64,000 bases of DNA from an uncultured Acidobacteriota bacterium (GTDB lineage: Bacteria; Acidobacteriota; Blastocatellia; RBC074), in assembly GCA_963796275.1 (NCBI GenBank), contig CAWCKY010000003.1, forward strand, positions 192,001 through 256,000, given 5' to 3'. Each line of letters starts with the position of its first letter. The first letter of the stretch is position 1. A program made the translations under genes and the position numbers. Below the pieces are notes generated by a model. The model was not told where the DNA came from. It did no database searches and saw nothing but the letters and a program-made list of their open reading frames with translations. This document shows, one piece after another, positions 37,278-48,900 of the stretch.

Positions 37278-37333
37278 AGGTCTCAAAAACCTGTGTCCGA
37301 AAGGACGTGTGGGTTCGATTCCCACCATCCCCA
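37278..37333 (+). repeat. attR (duplicated 3' part of tRNA-Leu)
   Basis: Identical to 18018-18073. Confidence 0.95.
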
Positions 37334-37341
37334 TCAAAAGA

Positions 37342-38358
37342 TTACCGGGATCTCAGGGCGGCGATTTTCCTGCTTTCCAGGAGCCGAATTTCCTCATCAT
37401 CCGCCAGAATAAAGAGAAAATAGACGCCTATCCAAACCGATATGGGTTTGTCGTTGTTCAAGCCGGGCGTGTATTCGATCGACTTTGCTGCGATAACTGC
37501 CTGTTCATCAAGCCCAAAACCCAGCCCCTGTACCACGATCACCTGACGTATTTCCCCATCGCCTCCCAGCAGGGCTTCTACCTTAACTTTTCCTTCTATA
37601 CGGTTGCTGCGAGCTTGTTCGGTAAATATCGCTCTGGGCACTCTATGAATTCGCGGCGGAATAAAGGTATCCTCTACGGCTTTTTCCGGTCTGGCTTGTG
37701 AGAGTGAATCTATCGCTTTCAACCTTTTGCGGAGGTTTGAAACCTCTTTGCGGTTGCGCACGGTGCGCAGATAAAGAGCGAGCTCGTGTGCGGCCTGTGC
37801 CGTCTCTTTATTATTGAGATATGCGTCACTGAGGAGCTTGTGAGCCGGCGAATAGCGCGGGGAAAGCTCCAGCGCACGCTTCGCCGCACGAATCGCCTTC
37901 GAGGTGTTTCCCCGCCTGAGCTCGACCAGGCCCAGGTAGTAATGTAATTCGGGATCGGGTCGGGGTGATTCTGCAATCGCGTAATTGAGCGATTGGCTGG
38001 CTTCCCGCAGCCTGTTGGAGAAATAGTATGCTTGGCCGAGCATCTTTTGATAGTGGACCTTACCTCGCTCGATAGCGTCAACTCCGCGGAGCATGCCAAC
38101 CGCCTCTCTCGGTCGTTTGGCATCGAGCAGCGAACGCGCCAGCAGCATCTGTGCTTTGAAATGCGTCTCCTGAACGCTGAGCGCAGTGTAGAGTTCATCT
38201 ATCGCCCGTTCTGTTTTACCGGTACGGTAGAATTTACATCCGAGCTTGTAGTGATGCTCCGCCCGCGCTACGTCTTCTTGCCCACGGACGCTGGCTGATA
38301 TCATAACCAGCATGATGACCGGTACCAGTATCGGCAATATTTTACTGCGTATGCTCAT
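37342..38358 (-). CDS. TPR-repeat protein with C-terminal TonB domain
   Basis: Signal peptide, TPRs, FTEQAR..IEGKV...GLGFGLDEQA. Confidence 0.85.
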   Translation of the reverse strand: MSIRSKILPILVPVIMLVMISASVRGQEDVARAEHHYKLGCKFYRTGKTERAIDELYTALSVQETHFKAQMLLARSLLDAKRPREAVGMLRGVDAIERGKVHYQKMLGQAYYFSNRLREASQSLNYAIAESPRPDPELHYYLGLVELRRGNTSKAIRAAKRALELSPRYSPAHKLLSDAYLNNKETAQAAHELALYLRTVRNRKEVSNLRKRLKAIDSLSQARPEKAVEDTFIPPRIHRVPRAIFTEQARSNRIEGKVKVEALLGGDGEIRQVIVVQGLGFGLDEQAVIAAKSIEYTPGLNNDKPISVWIGVYFLFILADDEEIRLLESRKIAALRSR

Positions 38359-38452
38359 CTTCTATACCTGATTGAAGGAACGAAGAAAGTTTACATTAAT
38401 TGCATGAATCTATCCAAATTACTGCGGTTAATCCGTAACGATCGATGCAGGC

Positions 38453-38977
38453 TTAGCCCAACCCCCATCTCTTCTGCCAAAACATATCTAGCCCTGCAAT
38501 CTCACCCGTCCTGAAAACGAGCAGGACAAGCACCGCCGAGAGCTCGATCAAATTCTTATTCACAAATAAATATGCGCCTTCGTTGCCGGGCGTGGCTGTT
38601 CCGCCCAGGGGAACCGACGATATATAAAAAAGCGATAGAAGCAATATTGCTCCCCAGCACCCCAACCTCGTCAGGCACCCCAGGATCAATGACAGGCCGA
38701 CCAGCACCAGGCCAAGTATCACGAGCCGATCAATCCATGGTACCAACCCGGCTTCTGCAATTCGGCGAAAGAGGCCTGCGAGCGGACCCGATGCAGCATT
38801 GAGATATCCGATTGAACTCCAGGAGGCGAGCGGCTGGCCATCCGAGCTCCAGGCTGGCAGCACCAGCTTGTAATATCCTTCATAAAGAAAATGCCAGCCA
38901 ATCAATATGCGTAAGAGCACAAGCATTAATTGCTGCGCAGAAGTGTAAATACGTGCCTGCGTATCGTTCATTCGCAA
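38453..38977 (-). CDS. DoxX family membrane protein
   Basis: [24 protein letters not shown]. Confidence 0.85.
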   Translation of the reverse strand: MRMNDTQARIYTSAQQLMLVLLRILIGWHFLYEGYYKLVLPAWSSDGQPLASWSSIGYLNAASGPLAGLFRRIAEAGLVPWIDRLVILGLVLVGLSLILGCLTRLGCWGAILLLSLFYISSVPLGGTATPGNEGAYLFVNKNLIELSAVLVLLVFRTGEIAGLDMFWQKRWGLG

Positions 38978-39969
38978 ATCTCCATTCTACATCGACTGTT
39001 TGAACCGATAATCAAAGGGCTGCCCGGCGCGCTTTCCTCTATCATAATGACGAGTATCTCAGGATGAATTGAACAATAATGCTCCGCGAGTTTTCGCCCA
39101 TCGATGAAGAATGCCGTCGCCAACGCATCAGCCAGCGCCGCTGATGGAGCGATTACCGTGACGCTCAATAATCCGATGGCCGGAACGCCCGACCTCGGGT
39201 CGATGATATGGCCATAACGTTTACCGTCCTTTTCAAAAAATTGCTCGCCGCTGCCGCTGGTCGCCATAGCTCGATCGCTCAGCGCCAACTTAGCGATCCT
39301 GTTATTTTTTAACACCGGATGGCGGATGCCGACCGCCCATTCTTCGCCGCTCCCGCTGTTCCCGATCGCGATCAAACTACTGCTGCCACCGGTAACCAGA
39401 GCAGAACGGACTCCGCGCTCGCGCATAAAGGTATCGACCCGATCGAGCGCATATCCCTTTCCGATACTCCCGAGGTTGATTTCGATTTTTGGATGCGAAA
39501 ATCGCACGGTCATTTTATTCCGGTCGAGGACAATGTTATGCATACCGACCCTTGATCTGGCGGCTTCCAATTCATCCGCCTCCGGAATACGCCCGTCACG
39601 CCTCAAGAATCCCCAGCATCGTGTAAGCGGCCCGCTTGTGATATCGAAAGCGCCGTCCGTCGCGTGGTACAACTCCTCGCACAGGAGCAAAAGATCGAAG
39701 AGCCCGGCCTCCACTTCGACGTCGACGAACCCGGCCGTTCGGTTGATATAGCTGATTTCGCTCGTCTCCCGAAAAACACTCATCTGATCTTCCAAACGGT
39801 CGATAAGATTCAATGCTTCATTGGCAGCCGAGAGGTCTGATTGATCTTCCGATGGTAGAGTAATCTCAAACCGGCAAGCCATAGCTTTCCGATTGACATG
39901 CAGCCAATATTCCGAACCTCTAACGCCGGTGCTCTGTCTAAGAGAGAAGAATTGTCGACGATTTATCAT
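38968..39969 (-). CDS. apbE: FAD:protein FMN transferase
   Basis: [37 protein letters not shown]. Confidence 0.93.
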   Translation of the reverse strand: MINRRQFFSLRQSTGVRGSEYWLHVNRKAMACRFEITLPSEDQSDLSAANEALNLIDRLEDQMSVFRETSEISYINRTAGFVDVEVEAGLFDLLLLCEELYHATDGAFDITSGPLTRCWGFLRRDGRIPEADELEAARSRVGMHNIVLDRNKMTVRFSHPKIEINLGSIGKGYALDRVDTFMRERGVRSALVTGGSSSLIAIGNSGSGEEWAVGIRHPVLKNNRIAKLALSDRAMATSGSGEQFFEKDGKRYGHIIDPRSGVPAIGLLSVTVIAPSAALADALATAFFIDGRKLAEHYCSIHPEILVIMIEESAPGSPLIIGSNSRCRMEICE

Positions 39970-40049
39970 ATCGTAACTGGCCGTTTATTAGGCCGTTATT
40001 GGGTTCGCTGATTATGTGTTCAGGGGGTGCTGACTCCTAATCCACAGTC

Positions 40050-40859
40050 TCAGAACGCCTCAGGACTCGGGACTTCGGATAATCTACTCTTTCGTCCATA
40101 ACCCAGCTCAGCTCCACCTGAAATTACGTGGTCAACCCCGGTCGTGAAACTCGCCTCCGCGGCAATGAACAGACAGAGCTTGCCGGCCTCTTCGATCGTT
40201 CCCATACGGCTGAGTAACTGTGCCGCTTCGCCATCCGCACGGCATCGATCGGGATCGGGAGCCGCATCGATGGCTTCTTGCCACAGCGGCGTGTAGATGT
40301 TTCCCGGAGATACTGAATTTACACGTACTCCATAAATCGCCTCATCAATGGCGAGCGCTTTTGTGAATGAGGTGATTGCACCTTTAGTCGCAACATAGGT
40401 GGTCGCATGCAGCTGTCCCATAATGCCGACCAGACTCGACATATTGATGATGTTGCCCCGAGTTTTCCGCAGATGTGGCAGGGCGAATTTGCATGCGGTG
40501 AAAATACTCACCAGATTTAAATCCAGCAGATCCCGGAAATCCTGAACCGAAAACTCGTCAATCGGTTTGTGTGGAGGATGCCACCCGGCATTGTTGATCA
40601 AACAATCGAGCCTTCCATACCTATCGATCGTTGCGCCGATCAGATGTTCTACCTCAGCGGGATTTGCAACATCGCATCTGATGTAATGCGATTCTCCCGG
40701 CCCGCGTTCGTTCAAGGCAAGTGCGAAGCTGGCCGCGCTCTCCGCGTTTCGCGAGCAAAAAATAACTTTAGAACCCCCTCCCACGAAAGCTCGCACGCAA
40801 CCCTCTCCGATTCCTTTGCTTCCGCCCGTGATTATCACAACTTTATTTGAATAAAACAT
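40050..40859 (-). CDS. Short-chain dehydrogenase/reductase
   Basis: TGGSKGIG, NNAG, YVATK, VNSVSPG. Confidence 0.93.
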   Translation of the reverse strand: MFYSNKVVIITGGSKGIGEGCVRAFVGGGSKVIFCSRNAESAASFALALNERGPGESHYIRCDVANPAEVEHLIGATIDRYGRLDCLINNAGWHPPHKPIDEFSVQDFRDLLDLNLVSIFTACKFALPHLRKTRGNIINMSSLVGIMGQLHATTYVATKGAITSFTKALAIDEAIYGVRVNSVSPGNIYTPLWQEAIDAAPDPDRCRADGEAAQLLSRMGTIEEAGKLCLFIAAEASFTTGVDHVISGGAELGYGRKSRLSEVPSPEAF

Positions 40860-41205
40860 AGCGAAATCTCCAAATAATATCAGGCATTTTAGCGTATTAA
40901 GAAGATTACCAAAATCTGATTGATATGAATCCCTTGTCCTTCCATCATTTCATCTGCTAAAATTTGTGAGAACCAATAAAAAGAATTGAAATAAACCAAT
41001 TGAAACCGAGTCGGTCAACTCCTCAGACCAAGTAGAAAAGAATATGGCTGGCTCTCTGAAAGCATACAGGCAGTACCCCAACTGGCACAGATTATATTAA
41101 CAATAGAATTCCGGTCTATCAGCGATAGGCTGGAGGACGACGCTCGAACATAATCTTTCGGTTGCCCCGCAGATAAAGGTAGTTTGAGCCTCACCATTCG
41201 AAACG

Positions 41206-42489
41206 TTGTCTCTCGAACGTGAGGTGGTCGTGTCTATCTGTGAACAATTGAAAGAAAATACGCGGGAAGATGTAGAAGAACTTCGACGACAAGTGGCCGA
41301 CTTACAGAGGGAGTTGGCGAAACAAGCGGTAGATGACAGTCGCGTCTCGGATGAAGGCGAGCAGCGACAGCTAGTCGAAGAGGCGTTGCGGCGCAATGAA
41401 GAGCGGCTCAAGCTGGCGATGAGCGCGGCTCAGATGGGCACCTGGGAATGGAATATTCTCACCGGCGTATACAGCTGGTCTGATGAATTACTGAGAATCT
41501 TCGGCCTGATCCGAGTCGAACGCGAAGTCAGCGTCGAGCAGATAATAGGTTTGATTCATCCGGACGACCGCACATACGTGACCCAGGTGATCAGGCATGC
41601 GGCCGATGAAGGAAAGTTTTATGAGGTGGAATTCCGCATCGTTCATCCGAACAGCGAGGTGCGCTGGATATTGAGTAAAGGCAATGCGGTCTTCGATCCG
41701 GCGGGAAAACCATTCCTGATGCTCGGGGTTAGCCTCGATATTACCCATCGTAAACTGGCGGAGGAAGCACTGCATAGAAACGAGGATGCGCTTCGTGAAA
41801 GCTATAAGCGTATTCAGGATCTGGCGGGAAGGCTCATCGTTTCGCAGGAAGATGAGCGTAAACATATAGCCCGCGAACTTCACGACGATCTGAATCAGAG
41901 AGTTGTATCGCTGGCTATCACGATCGGCAAACTTAGCCGCCAGCTTACGCACGCGAATGAGCCTATTCGCAATCAGATCGCGAAGCTCGAGCAGAGGACG
42001 ACCGGACTTTATGAGCATATCCGCCAGATCTCGCATGAATTGCACTCACCAGCGCTTGAACACGGAGGTTTGTCGCCGGCCCTGGAGCAGTACTGTTCGG
42101 AATTTGCTGAGCTTGAGGGAGTCAAGGTCACACTCGACATTTTAGATGTGAGCGATGCACTCTCCCCCGAAGTTTCATTATGTCTCTATCGCGTAATCCA
42201 GGAGTCGTTGCGCAATGTCGCTCGGCATTCGGGCACGAAAAACGCGAAGGTCAAACTTATCGGTAGTAGAGAGGCCATTGAGCTGATTGTCGCCGATGAT
42301 GGGGTCGGTTTCGAACTTCAACAGGCGCGCGTCCGGGGGGGCCTCGGGTTGGCGAGTATGGAGGAGCGAATCCACCTTCTGTCCGGTAACTTACAGATCG
42401 AATCCCAACCCGGTTCAGGCACTAAGCTCAAGGTTCATATTCCATTGAGGCGCGACCAGGATATTTCATATGGAAGCGAGAAAAGCTGA
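41206..42489 (+). CDS. Cytoplasmic PAS histidine kinase (HisKA_3)
   Basis: PAS/PAC, ERKHIARELHD, QESLRNVARH, DDGVGF, GLGL; start may be GTG41230. Confidence 0.92.
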   Translation: MSLEREVVVSICEQLKENTREDVEELRRQVADLQRELAKQAVDDSRVSDEGEQRQLVEEALRRNEERLKLAMSAAQMGTWEWNILTGVYSWSDELLRIFGLIRVEREVSVEQIIGLIHPDDRTYVTQVIRHAADEGKFYEVEFRIVHPNSEVRWILSKGNAVFDPAGKPFLMLGVSLDITHRKLAEEALHRNEDALRESYKRIQDLAGRLIVSQEDERKHIARELHDDLNQRVVSLAITIGKLSRQLTHANEPIRNQIAKLEQRTTGLYEHIRQISHELHSPALEHGGLSPALEQYCSEFAELEGVKVTLDILDVSDALSPEVSLCLYRVIQESLRNVARHSGTKNAKVKLIGSREAIELIVADDGVGFELQQARVRGGLGLASMEERIHLLSGNLQIESQPGSGTKLKVHIPLRRDQDISYGSEKS

Positions 42490-44056
42490 TCGAACGGGAA
42501 GTATCGGCGAATGTGATGAAATACAAGAAGCGCTCTGGGAAAGTGAGGAAAGATATCGAGCTTTTTTTGAACTCACTGCGGTCGGAGCCGCACAGGCCGA
42601 TCCCTGGACCGCCCGGCTCTTACGTTTGAATGACGCGTTTTGCAAGATCACCGGATATTCGCGAGAAGAACTTCTCAATATGGACGCCAGCGAAATCACA
42701 CATCCCGATGACCGGGAGTCCGACCGGGCAAGTTTCCAGGCTCTGGCACAGGGTGAAATTACGGTTTACGAGAAAGAAAAACGATATATCCGCAAAGATG
42801 GAGCGTACGTCTGGGTTATATCAAATGTAACACTAGTGCGAGATGAGGACGGAAGACCGCTGCATACGATCGGCCTGATACTGGACATCTCTGAACGTAA
42901 ACGGGTCGAAGAGGAGATTAGGACGAGCGAGGAGCGCTACCGCTCGTTCGTCGCGAACAGCACGGAAGGCATCTGGCGGATAGAGAGCGCAAAGCCCATC
43001 GATACAAACCTTCCGATCAATGAACAGATTGAGCTGATCTATCGGCATGCGTTTATGGCCGAGTGTAATGACGCAATGGCCAGGATGTACGGTCATGCCG
43101 TCGCCATTGACATCATCGGTACACGAATAAGCAACCTCATGCTAACGGACGATCCCGTGAATATCGCATCCGTCAAAGCCTTTATCAGAAATAAATACCG
43201 ATTACGGAACGTTGAGTCTATCGAGGTGGATAAGGATGGCCATAAGAAATACTTCATGAACAACCTGATAGGAATTATCGAAAACGGCTTTCTGCTCGGT
43301 GCTTGGGGAATTCAGCAGGATATCAGTGAGATAAAGATTGCCGACCACCAACTCAGGCACTCGCGCCAGCAGATGCGGGCCCTGGCCGCACGGCTGCAGT
43401 CGCTGCGTGAGACGGAGCGAACGGATATAGCGAGGGAGATTCACGACGTGATCGGGCAGGAGTTGACCGGGTTGAAGATTGACATCGCATGGATCAGGAA
43501 GAGATTGCCGGAAGCAGGTGATGAACGGATTCAGGCGAAGCTCGAGGAAAGATTGGAGGCGACGATCGAACTGCTCGACGAGACGCTCTCCAGCGTAAAA
43601 AACCTATCTACTTCTTTAAGGCCGAAGGTGTTGGATACGTTCGGCCTGGGTGCTGCGATCGAGTGGCAGTGTCTCGAATTCAACAGGCGAACCGGTATCG
43701 TTTGTGAGTATGATCTGCCGGACTATGATGTAGACCTCGGTTCAGAAAGATCGACGGCGTTATTTCGGGTTTTTCAGGAGATACTGACCAACGTGGCGCG
43801 CCACTCGCGAGCCACCATGGTCGATGTTAACCTGGAGGTCGACGAAATAAAGGTCAAACTCAGCGTGCTGGATAATGGCATTGGTATTACTGATGGCGAG
43901 ATAGCCGCTCCGACATCGCTCGGCTTGCTGGGCATGCATGAAAGGGTCGCTGGCTTTGGGGGGGATATCATCGTCTCCTGTAAACCTGGCAATGGTACAA
44001 GCGTTATAGTATGCATTCCGCTCGAGGGCTCTTCGAGGAATGGAGGTTCAGATTGA
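42470..44056 (+). CDS. Cytoplasmic dual-PAS histidine kinase (HisKA_3)
   Basis: Two PAS domains, ERTDIAREIHD, QEILTNVARH, DNGIG. Confidence 0.92.
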   Translation: MEARKADRTGSIGECDEIQEALWESEERYRAFFELTAVGAAQADPWTARLLRLNDAFCKITGYSREELLNMDASEITHPDDRESDRASFQALAQGEITVYEKEKRYIRKDGAYVWVISNVTLVRDEDGRPLHTIGLILDISERKRVEEEIRTSEERYRSFVANSTEGIWRIESAKPIDTNLPINEQIELIYRHAFMAECNDAMARMYGHAVAIDIIGTRISNLMLTDDPVNIASVKAFIRNKYRLRNVESIEVDKDGHKKYFMNNLIGIIENGFLLGAWGIQQDISEIKIADHQLRHSRQQMRALAARLQSLRETERTDIAREIHDVIGQELTGLKIDIAWIRKRLPEAGDERIQAKLEERLEATIELLDETLSSVKNLSTSLRPKVLDTFGLGAAIEWQCLEFNRRTGIVCEYDLPDYDVDLGSERSTALFRVFQEILTNVARHSRATMVDVNLEVDEIKVKLSVLDNGIGITDGEIAAPTSLGLLGMHERVAGFGGDIIVSCKPGNGTSVIVCIPLEGSSRNGGSD

Positions 44057-44691
44057 TTCAAATCCTGATTGTAGATGACCACGCCATAGTCCGGAGAGGT
44101 TTGATGCAGATCTTGACGGATGAACCCGATATCGGCGTGTCCGAGTCGTCGGACGCGCACCAGGCCCTTAAGCTTCTCAAGGAAAAGACGATTGACATGG
44201 TGGTGTTAGACCTGGACCTGAAGAGCAAAAGCGGCCTCGAACTGCTGAAGGATATCAAACGGGAAATGCCAGAAATGCCCGTGCTCTTCCTGAGCGTCTA
44301 TCCAGAGGAGCAATTTGCCGTTCGCACCCTGAAAGCTGGCGCTTCGGGTTTCATGTCGAAAGACGCCGCACCTGAAGAGCTGGTAATTGCGATCAGAAAA
44401 ATTTTGAAAGGGGGGAAATATATCAACGAGTCTGTGGCTGAAAGACTGCTGTCCGATCTCAACTCATCCTCGCACAGGACCAAAGGGATGCTTCATGAAG
44501 CACTTTCGGATCGCGAATTTCAGATCCTACGCCTCTTCGGCGAGGGCAAAACCGTAGGGGAGATAGCCGCAGATCTTTCGATCAGCGTACCCACCGTAAG
44601 TACCCACCGCACACGCATACTCGACAAGATGGGAATGAAAACAACCGCAGAGTTGATGCGTTACGTGATAGAGAACCATCTGGTCCCCTGA
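44053..44691 (+). CDS. NarL/LuxR family response regulator
   Basis: ILIVDDHAIVRRG, LSDREFQ..TVSTHR; GGAGG RBS and TTG44053. Confidence 0.93.
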   Translation: MIQILIVDDHAIVRRGLMQILTDEPDIGVSESSDAHQALKLLKEKTIDMVVLDLDLKSKSGLELLKDIKREMPEMPVLFLSVYPEEQFAVRTLKAGASGFMSKDAAPEELVIAIRKILKGGKYINESVAERLLSDLNSSSHRTKGMLHEALSDREFQILRLFGEGKTVGEIAADLSISVPTVSTHRTRILDKMGMKTTAELMRYVIENHLVP

Positions 44692-44798
44692 TCCCCGGGT
44701 CATACAAACCACGACATAAGAATCAATAAAAATGTGAACGTAAAATCATTTTCCTGATGATTGTTACGCTCCCCCTTATCAGGCACTCTGTATGTGTG

Positions 44799-45194
44799 AT
44801 GAGAGAGCGAGAAAAAAACGGGAAAAAGTCTTTACAGGTAGTGATTGCCGACGATGCTGATGATATCAGGGCCTTGTTGGATATGTTTCTCTCTGAGATC
44901 GAGGGGATTGCTATCAGCGGAATGGCAAAGAATGGGGCGGAGGCGCTGAGCATGTTCAAGGAACTCCAACCCGACATTATGATGTTGGATATCTCCATGC
45001 CGGAGAAGAACGGAATCGAGGTGTTGCAGGAGATCAGGAAAGATGATCTATCCACCATCATCATCATATTTACAATCGATCCGCATCTGCGCGAATACAG
45101 TCTCAAGGCTGGGGCGAATTACTTTTTCTCAAAGAACGAGATAGGTGACCTTGTAGAAATTTTTCAAGAGCTGTTGGAGCGAAGAAGAACCTAA
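44799..45194 (+). CDS. Single-domain response regulator
   Basis: IADD, LDISMP..NG, AGA..FFSK. Confidence 0.85.
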   Translation: MREREKNGKKSLQVVIADDADDIRALLDMFLSEIEGIAISGMAKNGAEALSMFKELQPDIMMLDISMPEKNGIEVLQEIRKDDLSTIIIIFTIDPHLREYSLKAGANYFFSKNEIGDLVEIFQELLERRRT

Positions 45195-45503
45195 AACGCC
45201 GTTATAGGTTGGGGCAAGCGGGCTATGGATCAGTTAGAGCAGATATAAGGGAAATGCGGATGGACTCCGCTGGAGGTCTGTTATGTCTGTAAACCCCTGG
45301 TCTGCTCGTCCCAGCCAATAACACCAATCAGTTCAAATAATCAACGATGCGGTATACACGATATTCAATTCTCAATTGAGTGGAACGGTGATGAATGCAA
45401 TAAACGCAATATTTTGAACAGTTTTCAGGAGCCCGTTCTCTTGGTACGGAAGTTGCCCTCCTGTTATGCATCCCTGGAAGAATCAACCAGGAGAAGGAGG
45501 GAT

Positions 45504-45803
45504 ATGAGATACGACAAATTGAAAAAAGCGACGGTAACATTGGCATTGGCAGTGACATTCATGGTCGGATTAGGGCTTGGTGATAGCGCGCAAGCCCAGG
45601 GGCGGCGATGGGGGAACAGACATGATCGGATAGAGCGGATTCGTGAACGGGAGAGGTTAGAGAGAATCCGGCGCCTGGATCATCAGCGCGTTCTGCGATA
45701 CCGATATCTGCGTGGTAATCGTATGGTGGGATATCATGATCGTTGGGGTCATTTCCATCGCTACGGCTATTGGGATCGATTCGGCAGTTTCTATCGATAC
45801 TGA
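45504..45803 (+). CDS. Small secreted Arg/aromatic-rich protein
   Basis: AAGGAGG RBS; signal peptide ending AQA; GYxDRxG repeats. Confidence 0.75.
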   Translation: MRYDKLKKATVTLALAVTFMVGLGLGDSAQAQGRRWGNRHDRIERIRERERLERIRRLDHQRVLRYRYLRGNRMVGYHDRWGHFHRYGYWDRFGSFYRY

Positions 45804-45891
45804 GATGGAAAGGGTGGAAGAGGTAGAATCTTAAGCTGTGTCTTGACTCAATCAGCCAGAGGGCGAGTTCTTTCTTGAGATGGAGATCACT

Positions 45892-45930
45892 AAAAGGATG
45901 GGGTGGCCATTTGACCACCCCATTATTTTT
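45892..45930. terminator. Probable bidirectional terminator
   Basis: ATGGGGTGG/CCACCCCAT stem flanked by A and T tracts between convergent genes. Confidence 0.6.
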
Positions 45931-45950
45931 AAGTCCTGCTGTTTCAGTTT

Positions 45951-48900
45951 CTAGAAGTTATTTTTTGCTCCCTCAGAGTCAGCGAGCGATTTTCCACCAT
46001 CGTTCTGGTTACTCCCGAAATTAACGTTGCCCATGTTGTTAATGGGGTTGCCGAAATACCTCTGATTGAAGAATATTGAAGGCATCAACACAAGTTGCCT
46101 AGAAGTGAAACCTCCTTGGTCTGCCAACGAACTTGATGTGTTTGATCAGGCCATCTCCAGTTGGTGAAGCCCTTATCGCGAGAGTATTTCGTCCTACATT
46201 GCCGTTGTAACGCTATTGGCTATCGGAAGGCCGGACGCATTGACACTGGAATGAGTAACGACCGGTGAGTAGCGGATTGGTGCAAGATCACTGATCGCCA
46301 GTTGCAACCGAGACCTACCGTAAACGTTCCATTCGGATTAAAGAATGGGCGGTCTCCTCCTCCACCATTGCCGTTTGTGTCGACACCAGTGAGGATTGTG
46401 AACGGTTAGATCTGGACAATCTGAGCAGCGAAAGTACCGTTCAACTGCCATCCAGAGAAGACACCCTTCATCAAGACTCTTGTTTGCCAGGCCTCCTCTG
46501 AACGACGGGATTTCATAAATCCCGCTCACGACTAAACGATGTGGACGATCAAATACCGAGAGTCCTTTTTCAGGTTGTATATTGAAGAAGTCCTGAGGAA
46601 CCTGCGGCGTGCCGTTGGTGATCGCACCCACTCCCAGGGACTCATCGTTGTTACTGATGTTCTTGCTGAAAGTGTAAGCAGAGGGTGAACTGCAGACCTT
46701 TGACCAGTCGTTTGGTGAGCGAGACAAACCCTGAGTGATAAGTCGACTGGGCCGTGGTGGCAATCAGGGTGCTAAAACGAACTGCGGAAGAGACGGCGAG
46801 CCTGCGCTCCTCCCTGTTGTTGTGGATGGCCAATCGGTTCGCGTCTTTAGCGCCTTGAACTGTGGCTATTTGACCGGGGGTCAGGGTTAAAGGGTTAGCC
46901 TGAAGTTGATTAATCCCATACGTCCCGCGACTGCCTGCATAGCCGAACTCAAGCACGTAATCGCTGCGAAGTTGCCGCTGTATGGTCAGACTGAAATTCT
47001 GGCCCATTGGATTCTGCGCATCAGAAGGCGTGTTGACGAAATTGGCGAGCGGATCAACGTCGCCTGACCGCTGACAGGCAAACGGTTTAGGAAAGACATC
47101 GAATTGGTTGAGAGCCTGAGGTGTAACAACGCGCGGGAAGTTCGAGCCATTTACCGACAGGATGTTATAGAAGAGTACATCATAGGTGATGCGGTAACCG
47201 CCGCGGATAGCCGTCTTGCCATCTCCAAACAGAGTGCCGAGCAGCCCATTGTTAAAACGCGGACTGAAGTGCAGAGCCCATTCCCGGGCCGAAATAATCT
47301 TATCCTGCCTCACTGGACCTGGAACCGGTCACCAAGGCTTTGACGTCTGTAGCCCCAAAGAATCCGAACGGTACTCCTACTCGTTCAGTAACGAAGCCCA
47401 GAGTTTAAAGTTAGGCTGGGAGTGACGCGATAATCATCCTGAGCAAGACACAAAGACCTTAATTTTGGCGCGCATCGTAACTTGCCGTCTGTAGCGCCTG
47501 TTGATAAACCATTGGGGCATTGTTTAGATAGTCTTGCAGGTTATTCAAATTTGGGTTACCCCTTCGAAGGTCGATGCGGCGTTGTTGAAGAGTTGGGATC
47601 TGACCAAAAATCCACCCGAATTTAAATGATTGGCGACCCATCTGCCAGCTCATCGTGTCAGATAATTGATAGCTGTTCTGTACGCGTCCTTGCGGGAAAT
47701 TGGCAGCTCCGCCAAACGTGAAGAGGCCGGTGATGGTTGTTGACACACTATTTGGGTCGTTCTCCGGGAACTGGAGATTGCGGCGAATATATGAGAATCG
47801 GACCTCATTGACCAAAGTGGGTGAGAACATGTGAGTCTCACTGACCGCGGCGTTTTGATCGAAAACATCCTGGTTGCCTGAATAGAGCGATCCGAATTGC
47901 GTGTTGCTGGACACGTTGACGCTGAAGGGTTTGTCGAATAGATAACGGCCCGTGAGATTATCACGCTCACCGATCTTATAGTCGACCTTACCGATCGTGT
48001 TCCAGAAGTTCTGTGGTTGAATGATGGAGACATTAGTCGTGCCGACCTGGACGAATTGGCCTCCAGTACAGACCGTTGAGTTATCTGTGGCATTGGGGTT
48101 AGCCGGGTTGATACACAAGTTTCTAACGTTGATGAAGCTGGGATTTTGCTGATAAATGCCGTTAAGAAAGCTTATCCATCGAGTGCCGCCTGGCGACTGG
48201 CTTGAGCTTGCGTTGCAACGGTAGCGTTGGCCTGACGTAGCGGAACGTTGTTCAATGCGGCAAAACCAGCCGGAGTCGGAATAGTCACATTTGGGCCTGG
48301 CTGTGAACCGGTTCTGGTGCGATCAACCTGAAGCCCGCCCGAAGAAGAAGAGTTTCTCCTTGAATATCGGTCCGCCGAATGTCCCGCCAAACTGATTTCG
48401 ATTTATCCGCGCTGGCCGGTCGAGGGTCCGTTTTTCAATTGTGCTGAGCGCATTGAGCGCGCTGCCGCGATAATATTCGAAGACGTCGCCATGAAACTCG
48501 TTGGTTCCCCCTTTGGTGATGATATTTAATTGTGCACCTGAATTACGTCCGAACTCGACGTTGAAAGCGTTCGTCTGGACCTGGAATTCCTGAACCGCTT
48601 CTGGGATCACGAAAGATGTGCGTAATGTCACGCTGATGTCATTGTTGTCCGACCCATCGATCGTGAAATTATTATTACGTGCGCGCTGGCCATTGGAAGA
48701 AATTCCAGTAGACCCCGGAGCGGTGAAAGTATTCGGGCTTAACAAATGCCAGAGCATTTACATCGCGGCCAGCATTCAATGGCAACTAACTGCCTGCCGC
48801 GCGCTCGAAGTCAAACCTACGGTTGGAGCCGTTTTGTTGAGATCAAAGACCTGCTCCCTGCGCCACGACTGATACAACTTCACTCACCTGCCCAACCTTG

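Larger units (their letters stand above)
18018..37333. mobile_element. 19.3-kb tyrosine-integrase element (satellite-like genomic island) in tRNA-Leu(CAA)
   Basis: Identical 56-bp direct repeats at both ends; integrase, AlpA/Xis and helicase genes; visibly more AT-rich and CG-poor than flanks. Confidence 0.95.

Noticed and set aside
37278-37333. Second tRNA-Leu gene
   Set aside because: Lacks the 5' acceptor strand and D arm; it is attR.
18018-37333. Complete prophage or ICE
   Set aside because: No recognisable terminase, capsid, tail, lysis, relaxase or T4SS genes; only 19 kb.
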